NCBI GenBank assembly: GCA_938016265.1
Contig: CALLWB010000040.1
Coordinates: 9,839 to 73,838, forward strand
Length of the DNA stretch: 64,000 nt
Direction: 5' to 3'
From: an uncultured Saprospiraceae bacterium
GTDB taxonomy: Bacteria; Bacteroidota; Bacteroidia; Chitinophagales; Saprospiraceae
In this document: positions 17,230-25,570 of the stretch, one piece after another
Numbering within the stretch: position 1 is the first letter of the stretch
Layout: each line of letters opens with the position of its first letter
Notes under the pieces: model-generated
Databases searched by the model: none
Told to the model about the DNA's origin: nothing
Seen by the model: only the letters and a program-made list of their open reading frames with translations
Position numbers and translations under genes: made by a program

Positions 17230-18501
17230 TTATGAATTATTTTCAGGGCCAACTCCCCAATCTTTTTGTAGGGATGGTGGAATAAAAAAATGGATTTTCT
17301 CGCCTTTATTCATCACCCGAAGCATTCCATTTAGGAATATTTTATTGATCGGTCTGGCTAGTGCTCTCAGGATACTGTGCCGTTCTATAAAATTTTCCCA
17401 GCCGCCCAAGAATTCTCTGGCGATTTGGTTTGCTTTGTATTCTTCTTTTTGGGAGACTGGAGGAACACCAATCATATCCGCCGTGTCGTCACCAATCAAC
17501 ATGCGCAGCAAATCATCTACGATAATGTGTATTTCGCCATTTTCAGACATCAGTGTCATAAAATCAATCAAGCTGGCCGTTAGTTTTTTGCCTTCGTCCG
17601 AAGCTTCTTTTTGATCATCAAAGATCGTATTTCCAAGATTCAATGCATCTTGCATATTGTTTGGCAATACGTCTTCGTCCAGTCCCATAAAATGTCCAAT
17701 AATCCGCCAACAGTGAGAATATGCTTCTTTTTCTTCATTAGAAATGTTGACACCTAGTTTTTCCAGTCCTTGAATGACCAGTGGCGAAAAAGACATCAGT
17801 GTCCCGGCCATATCCTGCTGGTTGATCGGTTCCCCATATTTGGCAGCATCCCATTCTCCCTTGTGAAGGTAGTGGCGAATCGTAGCATGGATAAGACGGA
17901 CTTTCTGTGCTGACCGAATGCCCAATCCGCCAGGAGACAATCCTCCAGGAGACATCGTATTGACGATAAATTGAGCGGTTTCCGCTATCCGTCTCGTAAA
18001 CGCATTCAGGCTTCCATTTTGCTCACTCAGCCTACATGTTTTGTAAAGTACCATCGCACCATTCGCACAAGCATAACACTCAGGCAAACTCTTGGCACAT
18101 AGAACTAGTGCAATCATTCCACCATGCTCAATATAAAATTCTTCTCCTCGTTTTATCAGGTCTTGGTTTGCCCATTCTGGTAGGCGATCTCCCTCTTCAA
18201 AATAGGCCTTGATGTCTTCTGGAAGTTCTTCTGGCAATTCGGTAGATGTCCGTTGAATTGCTTCATAGAATTTATTCAGATGAAGGGCATTTTTGGAAGC
18301 AAACAATTTGCCAATGAGCGCATCTGCTCTAGGGTCTTGCTGCTGCCTTTTTGCTGCGAAATCGACGGTTTTCCAATTGTGTCCTGGTTTGTCTGCCCAT
18401 TCTTTTGCCGCTTTGGCGACGGCCAATTCTGTTTTTCTTTTATTCTGGTAGAAGTAGTAGACTATGCCTGCTCCTACCAAGAGGATTAGTATATATTCCA
18501 T
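17230..18501 (-). CDS. DUF2236 (MpaB/Lcp oxygenase family)-like protein with an N-terminal TM anchor
   Basis: The N-terminal anchor is MEYILILLVGAGIVYYF. Central segments (FYIEHGGMIALVLCAKSLPECYACANGAMVL, VRLIHATIRHYL) resemble the DUF2236 catalytic domain. Confidence 0.65.
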   Translation of the reverse strand: MEYILILLVGAGIVYYFYQNKRKTELAVAKAAKEWADKPGHNWKTVDFAAKRQQQDPRADALIGKLFASKNALHLNKFYEAIQRTSTELPEELPEDIKAYFEEGDRLPEWANQDLIKRGEEFYIEHGGMIALVLCAKSLPECYACANGAMVLYKTCRLSEQNGSLNAFTRRIAETAQFIVNTMSPGGLSPGGLGIRSAQKVRLIHATIRHYLHKGEWDAAKYGEPINQQDMAGTLMSFSPLVIQGLEKLGVNISNEEKEAYSHCWRIIGHFMGLDEDVLPNNMQDALNLGNTIFDDQKEASDEGKKLTASLIDFMTLMSENGEIHIIVDDLLRMLIGDDTADMIGVPPVSQKEEYKANQIAREFLGGWENFIERHSILRALARPINKIFLNGMLRVMNKGEKIHFFIPPSLQKDWGVGPENNS

Positions 18502-18649
18502 AACATATTATCTTGGTTGGTAATATACTTATTTTTTTGATAATCCGGATTTGTAAAATGAGTTTTTGGGGGATATTTGTACTCCGAAATCTTAAACAAT
18601 TAATCACCCAATCCTTAGGATTAAAAGGAATTGATAATTTTGCTTAACC

Positions 18650-20095
18650 CTATTCATTGATTATTTCAAACAAAGCATCCATCGTTATACTTGATTGGAC
18701 CAAAGACAAGGCGTGTTCGTTTTGGACGAGGCCAAAGGTGGTGATCATTGTCAAAAACAGCGATTTTCTGGTTTTGGTTTCTGCTCTAAAAACGCCAATT
18801 TTATTGCGCAGGTTGTCCGCGTAGGCTTTTGTAATTGTAAAAGGATCTAGGGAATATTTTAATTCGCACAAGTTGACCACTTGATCTCTTCGGTCTATTA
18901 GCAGATCAATTTGTGCTCCTGGGTTTGACTTTTTGCTTTTCCAGGAAGCGTCTACCGCATAAACGCCTCCGATCGCCAGCGCTTTTCGTACTTGTTGTTG
19001 ATGCACCAAAACGACTTGTTCAAAAGCAAATCCGCTCCATGCTCTTTGCGCGGGATGGTCGATTCTGTTGATCCAGGTTCCTGGAGCATAGGTTCTATTC
19101 TTTTCGATAAATTTCAAGTAAAATGCGCTATAAAAATCGGAGAGTCGATAATAGGTGTCTTTCGTTTTTTGTTGATACTGATGATACCCGGTGATAAAAC
19201 CGCTTTCTTCCAGCTCATTTAATATTTTTGTGATTGATCCTCCTGAAGGCAATTTAGTGGTGGCTATAATCTCTTTTCTAGTCATCCCTTTTGTCTTCGA
19301 TGCTAGCGCATAGACGATTTTTTCGTGGTTTTGGGCATTTTTGAATAGGGATTTAAACAGATTGGGAAATTCAATGGCCAACAAGGCATCCTTTCGAAAA
19401 CAGAGTTCCTCAATGATCTGCGGAGCACTTTTACCAGGTTCAATAGCCTGTATGTAAAAGGGAATTCCGCCCATCACCATATAAAGTTGCAAGATCTGAT
19501 AATGGTCAAGAATAACATTGTTTGCCCTCAACATCAGTTTCACTTCTCCTAGGGTGAAAGGATACATTTTGATACGTTGAGTTACTCTGTTATGTAATCC
19601 TCCATGATTGTTTATTAGTTTATTGATCATCCAGGAAGCTGCAGATCCACAAGCGATTAGCAGAATATCCTTTCGGCTACTAGCCCAGCTATTCCAGAAA
19701 TGTTCTAGCGCCATTATAAAGTCAGACCTTGGCGTATCAAGCCACGGCATTTCATCCAGGAAAACAACTTTTTTCTGCTTGGAATCTTTCCTTTCCAATT
19801 CCTTTATCAGTCGTTGAAATGCCTCAAACCAAGATTCGGGATCGGTGTTATTATCACTGTTGGTTTGAGTAATAAGTGCAGAATTAAAGCTTACCAATTG
19901 TTTTTCTGTACTTCCATTTGCTAAGCCAGTCAGATAAAAGTCAAATTTATGATTAAAATGCTCTCTTATTAGAAATGTTTTGCCGACTCTTCGTCTGCCA
20001 TAAACCACTACAAATTCGGATTGACCACTTTTATAGGCTTTGTTTAAGAGATTTATTTCTCGTTTTCGACCAATTATGTTTTTTTCGGCCTTCAT
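18650..20095 (-). CDS. STAND/AAA-like ATPase (Arch_ATPase type N-terminus with a DUF234-like C-terminal region)
   Basis: Walker A is YGRRRVGKT and Walker B is VVFLDEMPWL. A wHTH-like segment (GMTRKEIIATTKLPSGGSITKILNELEESGFI) and a C-terminal nuclease-fold-like tail are also present. Confidence 0.8.
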   Translation of the reverse strand: MKAEKNIIGRKREINLLNKAYKSGQSEFVVVYGRRRVGKTFLIREHFNHKFDFYLTGLANGSTEKQLVSFNSALITQTNSDNNTDPESWFEAFQRLIKELERKDSKQKKVVFLDEMPWLDTPRSDFIMALEHFWNSWASSRKDILLIACGSAASWMINKLINNHGGLHNRVTQRIKMYPFTLGEVKLMLRANNVILDHYQILQLYMVMGGIPFYIQAIEPGKSAPQIIEELCFRKDALLAIEFPNLFKSLFKNAQNHEKIVYALASKTKGMTRKEIIATTKLPSGGSITKILNELEESGFITGYHQYQQKTKDTYYRLSDFYSAFYLKFIEKNRTYAPGTWINRIDHPAQRAWSGFAFEQVVLVHQQQVRKALAIGGVYAVDASWKSKKSNPGAQIDLLIDRRDQVVNLCELKYSLDPFTITKAYADNLRNKIGVFRAETKTRKSLFLTMITTFGLVQNEHALSLVQSSITMDALFEIINE

Positions 20096-20102
20096 ATTTC
20101 AA

Positions 20103-20300
20103 ACTTTTGGCTAAATATACTAATTATAATCAGCCAAATCTAATCAAAAATCATAGATTTGGCTAATTTAGATCGCACTAATCAGCCAAATCTATCAAAA
20201 AAGTAGAGATTTGGCCAATTATATGGTCACTAATCAGCCAAATCTAATCAAAAATCATAGATTTGGCCAGTTAAGCCCATAATATTCAGCCAAATCTTTA
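20103..20300. repeat. array of ~38-bp palindromic units with an exact 52-bp period (3 full units plus degenerate flanking half-sites)
   Basis: GCCAAATCT starts at 20133, 20185, 20237 and 20289. Its complement AGATTTGGC starts at 20155, 20207 and 20259. A 7/9 match (ACTTTTGGC) sits at the phased position 20103. Confidence 0.85.
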
Positions 20301-20329
20301 CACAGTCATTTTAATAGTCAAAAGATTAC

Positions 20330-21361
20330 TTATAAAGGAACAACCACCATCACTTCAAAACCATCAGACGTGCGCACTTCAAATTTGCCAGAAAGCGTTT
20401 GTGCTCGAAGGCGCATATTACTTAGTCCTAAACCTCCTTTATTGAGTGAAGCCGCAGGTGATCCGTTGTCTCTGATAGACAAGAGGAGTTTATCGTTGGC
20501 CGTTTGGAAGACAATCTTTACCAGATTTCCATTGGAATGTTTCGAGATATTGGTGATGGCTTCTTTGTAAATCAGGAAGATATTTTTCTTAATTCGCTCG
20601 GGAATCGCCTCCGATTTATCCAATAATTTGGTATCAAACTGGAAGGTCATTTGATTGGGATCGAGACAATCTTCTGCAAAACTGTACATACGGTCCAGGA
20701 GATTCTCATATTTATTGCTCTTGCTGTCCATTGCCCAGACAATATCTCGTAGATTAGCCATTGCCTTACGGCTCAAATTGCTAATTTTTTCTGCATTTTG
20801 ATTGGTTGAAGAAAGTGTCATCAATTCTGTTTGCATAGCAATCCCTGCTAGAATGCTCCCTACTTCATCGTGCAAATCTGCGGAGATTTTGTTGCGCAAT
20901 TCTTCAATGGCATTTGTTAGTTCCAATTTTTCGGGTTGTTTTAAAACGGCGCTTTCATTCATGTTTCGAACAGTGTTCTGAATGACTCTGAAATGGTTGG
21001 ACAGTATTTTTTTATAAACGACATCTGAGGTTTGTGCTTCAAGAAACTGATAGGTGGTGCTCATTACGATGAGTTTGCCGTTGGCCCGCACGTCAGCCGA
21101 ACGTCTAGAGTTGTCAAAGAGGGCCATTACACCAAAATAATCACTCTCTCCTTTTTGCGCGATCAAAACTCCTTCTTTTAAGATGTCTACTTTACCAGAA
21201 GAAATAATATAAAACTTGTTACCGATTTCTCCTTCCCGCACCAAAAAATCGCCATCATAAAACACTTCTTCCGTGAAGGCATTATATAAATTTGCCAGCT
21301 CATGCACGCCCACATCTTTAAACAAACTGGCGCGTTTCCACAGTGCAATTGGCTCTTTCAT
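20330..21361 (-). CDS. cytoplasmic cNMP-binding domain fused to a HisKA_3/HATPase histidine kinase
   Basis: The CAP_ED phosphate-binding cassette is FGVMALFDNSRRSADVRA. The HisKA_3 box is ISADLHDEVGSILAGI. HATPase motifs are EAITNISKHSNG, IRDNG and GLGLSNMRLRAQ. Confidence 0.85.
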   Translation of the reverse strand: MKEPIALWKRASLFKDVGVHELANLYNAFTEEVFYDGDFLVREGEIGNKFYIISSGKVDILKEGVLIAQKGESDYFGVMALFDNSRRSADVRANGKLIVMSTTYQFLEAQTSDVVYKKILSNHFRVIQNTVRNMNESAVLKQPEKLELTNAIEELRNKISADLHDEVGSILAGIAMQTELMTLSSTNQNAEKISNLSRKAMANLRDIVWAMDSKSNKYENLLDRMYSFAEDCLDPNQMTFQFDTKLLDKSEAIPERIKKNIFLIYKEAITNISKHSNGNLVKIVFQTANDKLLLSIRDNGSPAASLNKGGLGLSNMRLRAQTLSGKFEVRTSDGFEVMVVVPL

Positions 21362-21548
21362 ATTAATTGGATTGGTAGGATTACAAGATATTAAAATTAA
21401 AATTATTATTTGTCGAATAAAAAAAAAGAAATCAAACCTAAAACGCTAACTTTTATATATCCGACAATAGTCTGCCCGTCGAATTCTGTACCTTTGTAAC
21501 AGCTACAACAACGGGATGTTTTCACATTGATTAAATAAAGCTGGGTAC

Positions 21549-22382
21549 TTGAAGCAAGCGATTATCTACATGGTCTTATCCGCTGTATTTTTTACAGGGC
21601 TCAATTCTGCCGTTCGCTTGGTGGATCATCTTCCTACGATGCAATTGGTTTTCTTTAGAGCAATAGGCACCGTAGTTTGTTGTATGTTTATTCTAATAAA
21701 GATAAAAGAACCTATCCTTGGGAAAAACCATTCGTTGTTGATATGTAGAGCTGTAGTGGGAGTCACGTCGCTAACTCTATTTTTTAAGGCGTTTCAAATC
21801 ATGCCGATGGCAACGGCTGTTTCCCTACGTTATTTATCTCCATTTTTTGCAGCTGGATTTGCAGTATTGCTCCTAGGTGAAAAAATGAAAAAACTGCAAT
21901 GGTTATTCTTTCTAACCGCTTTCGGAGGAGTCTTACTGTTAAAAGGATTTGACAATCGGATTACGCTATTAGGTTTGGGCTTGATCCTGACCTCTGCCCT
22001 TTTTAGTGGATTAGTCTATGTAACCATTCGCAAGATTGGGAAATCGGAACATCCAGTAGTGATCATCAATTATTTTATGGTGTTCGCTTTAATTGTAGGA
22101 GGGAGCTCCTCGTTTTTTTCCTGGGTCCAGCCAAAGGGCATAGAGTGGTTGGTATTGTTAAGCCTTGGCCTATTTGGCTTTGGTGCACAATTGTACATGA
22201 CCAAGGCCCTGCAAAACGCAGAAGCCAATCTCATTGTTCCATTCAAATACACAGAAGTTGTGTTTACACTTGCTGCAGGCTGGATACTTTTTGGAGAACC
22301 TCAATCCTGGATGAATTTATTGGCGATTAGTGTAATAATTTTGAGCCTTTTGGCTAATGTTTGGGTAAAGCAGAAGGCATAA
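21549..22382 (+). CDS. EamA/DMT-family transporter
   Basis: The profile is about 10 TM segments as two EamA-like halves. The start is a TTG at 21549, with an alternative ATG at 21569. Confidence 0.8.
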   Translation: MKQAIIYMVLSAVFFTGLNSAVRLVDHLPTMQLVFFRAIGTVVCCMFILIKIKEPILGKNHSLLICRAVVGVTSLTLFFKAFQIMPMATAVSLRYLSPFFAAGFAVLLLGEKMKKLQWLFFLTAFGGVLLLKGFDNRITLLGLGLILTSALFSGLVYVTIRKIGKSEHPVVIINYFMVFALIVGGSSSFFSWVQPKGIEWLVLLSLGLFGFGAQLYMTKALQNAEANLIVPFKYTEVVFTLAAGWILFGEPQSWMNLLAISVIILSLLANVWVKQKA

Positions 22383-22477
22383 AACCAATTTATAATTGTC
22401 TTTGTGTGATATACAATTAACCATTTTCAAAAAATAGGATCAACTACTTTCTACCAAAAAGTCGCTTAGTCAAGCAA

Positions 22478-23785
22478 TTACGATTTCCCAGAAGCTTTAA
22501 CACGTTTTTTCACTCCAATTTTTGTGTTCTTTTTTATGTAGGCACCTTTCTTCACGATGATGATACCTTCTCGGATACAATACTCGTCCGTCTCGATATC
22601 TTCCAGTGATTTGTGGCCAATGATGCTGACATTGTTGCCTACTTTCACGTTGCGGTCTAGAATTGCGTTTTCGATATAACAGTCATTTCCTATACCAAGC
22701 AGCTCATTGTCAGGCAAATCATCCAGATCATTGACCGTTTGATAGTACGAATTACCAATGATGATAGCGTTTCGTAAAACAGTGTTTTTGCCTAGCCTGG
22801 ATCGTACGCCGATCACACATTTGTAGATTTCTTTTGCATGGCAAATACAGCCATCAGACACCAGTCCTTCCGTGATCTTCGTCCCAAAAAATTTGGAAGG
22901 AGACAACATCCTGGCTCGAGTATAAATCTTATGTTCATTTTCGTACAAACTAAACTCAGGCAAAAAACCGGTGAGATTGATGTTTGCTTCTAAAAAGGAA
23001 GAAATATTCCCAATATCCGCCCAATATCCATCGTAAGCATAACTCACCACTTTCAAATCTGGATTTTTTACGGCCAGTGGAATGATCTCTTTGCCGAAGT
23101 CCGTAGCTTCCGGGTTATCAAGAATCAGCTGGTTCATTATTTTTTTGTTGAACACATAAATACCCATCGATGCCAAGTAAGGCTTTTTAGCTTTAATGTA
23201 TTTAACATCCAGATCCGACTGCCATTTTTTGACTTCTTTTTTGTCTGGTTTTTCGATGAAATCGCTAATGTTGCAAGCCTTGTCTACCTTCATAATCCCA
23301 AATGAAGTAGCTTCTTTTTCCTTTACAGGAATGGTGGCAATGGTGAGATCTGCCTTTTTCTCCACGTGGTCTTGCAACAATTGATCGAAGTCCATATTGT
23401 ACAACTGATCACCTGAAAGAATCAACGCATATTCATAATCAATGCTCACCAACCTCGACAAGGTCTTCCGCACTGCATCTGCTGTCCCCTTAAACCAGTC
23501 CTTGCTCTCCCGTGTTTGCTCCGCTGCCATGATATCCACAAATCCACTACCAAACATGTCAAAGTGATACGTGTTTTTAATATGCGTATTCAAGGAGCCG
23601 GAGTTGTACATCGTCATCACAAACATCTTTCGAATACCAGAATTCAGGCAATTGCTAATAGGGATATCTATCAACCGATACTTCCCAGCAATAGGAACTG
23701 CAGGCTTCGAGCGATCCATGGTCAATGGATACAATCGGGAGCCAGTGCCTCCTCCAAGAATTAGGGCTACAGTTTTATCTTTCAT
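22478..23785 (-). CDS. glgC: glucose-1-phosphate adenylyltransferase
   Basis: The N-terminus LILGGGTGSRLYPLTMDRSKPAVPIAGKYRLIDIPISNCLNSGI and the C-terminal left-handed beta-helix region are present. The gene is adjacent to glgA. Confidence 0.9.
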   Translation of the reverse strand: MKDKTVALILGGGTGSRLYPLTMDRSKPAVPIAGKYRLIDIPISNCLNSGIRKMFVMTMYNSGSLNTHIKNTYHFDMFGSGFVDIMAAEQTRESKDWFKGTADAVRKTLSRLVSIDYEYALILSGDQLYNMDFDQLLQDHVEKKADLTIATIPVKEKEATSFGIMKVDKACNISDFIEKPDKKEVKKWQSDLDVKYIKAKKPYLASMGIYVFNKKIMNQLILDNPEATDFGKEIIPLAVKNPDLKVVSYAYDGYWADIGNISSFLEANINLTGFLPEFSLYENEHKIYTRARMLSPSKFFGTKITEGLVSDGCICHAKEIYKCVIGVRSRLGKNTVLRNAIIIGNSYYQTVNDLDDLPDNELLGIGNDCYIENAILDRNVKVGNNVSIIGHKSLEDIETDEYCIREGIIIVKKGAYIKKNTKIGVKKRVKASGKS

Positions 23786-23830
23786 TTCGAGTGGGTTAAT
23801 AGAGCAGTTTAAAAATGAATGATTAATTTA

Positions 23831-25261
23831 CTAAAAGGAATGATATAATTTAGCATAAATCTCCGCAGATTTATTCCAGGAGTAATCCAACCCCACAATT
23901 TTTTCTCTCAAAGCGTTGAACTCTTTTTTGTTATTAAACAGTTGCACTGCGCGTTCGACGGTACTACTAATTTCTTTGGTGTTTAGTTTTGCAATCACCA
24001 GCCCATTCCCCTTCTTCTTAATATCAGGAACCGTATCCAACAACCCACCAACCGCCGACACAATAGGTATAGAGCCATACCGCATAGCAAAAAGCTGGTT
24101 GAGTCCACAAGGCTCAAACCTTGAAGGCATAATCAGAAAATCTGTTGCGGCATAAATTGCTCTTGCCAATGCCTCATCGTAAGCAACGATCACTGCTATT
24201 TGGTCCGGGTATTTTTTTGCCAGTGCCAGCAATTGGTCTTCTATTGCTTTGTCGCCGGAGCCTAGGATAATGGCACTAAATTTTTGGCCTTTGTTTATAC
24301 TCATTTCCAAGGACGTCATCAGTAAATCTGCGCCTTTTTGAGTCGCCAATCTTCCGATAAATCCCAGGAGCGGCCGCCTGGATTTCAGCCCATATTTTTT
24401 TAGCAATGTGGTTTTATGATGTTTCTTAAATTCGGCCCATTTTTTACCTTTTAAATGGCCGTCCAAAAAAGGATCCGTGGCAGGATTCCAAAGGGCAGTA
24501 TCTACCCCATTCAAGATGCCTTGACATTTCTTTTTTTCTTGCTCATAAAGCGGAGTCAGACTGCCCGCATCCCGCATCAGCTCCTTCATGTAGGAAGGCG
24601 ACACCGTGTTGACCGCCCATGCGCATTTGATGGCAGTTGCCAGGCTATTGACATGATCGTCCCAATCCAGAAGCCCACTATAGGCAACTTCAAATTCTGG
24701 AAGTATGGGAATGATTTCATTCCAAGCAAAACCACCTCGATAAGCACCATTGTGGATCGTAAAAAAGGTAGGTGTATTTTTAAGTTTTTTATAGGCTGGA
24801 CAATGTTTTATAAAGAAGGGGATTAGTCCCGTCATATGGTCATGGCAATGTAGTCCGTCAAACTTTATCTTCGCGGCACTGAGCCACTGCAGTACTGACC
24901 GTTGGAAGGAAATGTTGCGTGCTGGCTCATCTTTAAAACCGGTTCCATCTACGTCCAGATAGACAGACGCCCGATCGAATTTCCCAGGGATGTCAATGCA
25001 ATAGAAAGGGAAATTTATTGTTCCCCCTTGTAGCTTTTGCACCTTGAATACTATGTTTTCGGTGCCGAGGGAAAGGGTATCTTCATAAACCGTTTTCCAT
25101 TTTTGGGCGGCAAACCATTTGTTTTTGTACTTCGGAATAACCACCTGTGCATTAATCCCATGCTTGGGCAAATAAATCGGTAATGCACCAACGACATCTC
25201 CCAACCCACCTGCTTTTGCTGCTGGATAACATTCGGTCGCTATGTGAAGTATTTCCTTCAA
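23831..25261 (-). CDS. glgA: glycogen synthase (GT5, ADP-glucose dependent)
   Basis: Motifs are ECYPAAKAGGLGDVVGALP, HCHDHMTG and PSRFEPCGLNQLFAMRYGSIPIV. The start codon is TTG. Confidence 0.9.
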   Translation of the reverse strand: MKEILHIATECYPAAKAGGLGDVVGALPIYLPKHGINAQVVIPKYKNKWFAAQKWKTVYEDTLSLGTENIVFKVQKLQGGTINFPFYCIDIPGKFDRASVYLDVDGTGFKDEPARNISFQRSVLQWLSAAKIKFDGLHCHDHMTGLIPFFIKHCPAYKKLKNTPTFFTIHNGAYRGGFAWNEIIPILPEFEVAYSGLLDWDDHVNSLATAIKCAWAVNTVSPSYMKELMRDAGSLTPLYEQEKKKCQGILNGVDTALWNPATDPFLDGHLKGKKWAEFKKHHKTTLLKKYGLKSRRPLLGFIGRLATQKGADLLMTSLEMSINKGQKFSAIILGSGDKAIEDQLLALAKKYPDQIAVIVAYDEALARAIYAATDFLIMPSRFEPCGLNQLFAMRYGSIPIVSAVGGLLDTVPDIKKKGNGLVIAKLNTKEISSTVERAVQLFNNKKEFNALREKIVGLDYSWNKSAEIYAKLYHSF

Positions 25262-25283
25262 AATATATTGGTTTATTTGCTAT

Positions 25284-25291
25284 CAAAGGTA
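25284..25291 (-). promoter_or_regulatory. candidate Bacteroidota -7 promoter box TACCTTTG upstream of glgA
   Basis: It matches the TAnnTTTG consensus and ends 22 nt upstream of the glgA start. The motif is short, so chance occurrence is possible. Confidence 0.3.
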
Positions 25292-25570
25292 GTAAATAAT
25301 AGTAGAAGGTAGTTGGTAGAACTGGAGCGTTTTGCCCAACTAAGTGCTTGCAGAATAGGTGTTTTCCCGACAGGTAAAGCACTTATTTGCTGCCGACCCC
25401 GCATGCGCAGAACATAGCACCCGATTGAAAAGACCGGAAAAATCTAGAAAGTCGACGCCTTTCGGTCAATTGATCACGACTATAAACTGCACATTTCCCC
25501 TAGCAATAATTGAATGTACATTTGACTTACAATGGCCATTAATCTTTAATAACATTTAAAAAACAAAAAA

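Noticed and set aside
20129-20300. Possible CRISPR array, given regularly spaced ~38-bp repeats
   Set aside because: There are only 3 full units. The spacers between them are just 13-14 bp. The units themselves are long palindromes, and no cas genes lie nearby. It is better described as a phased palindrome or operator-like array.
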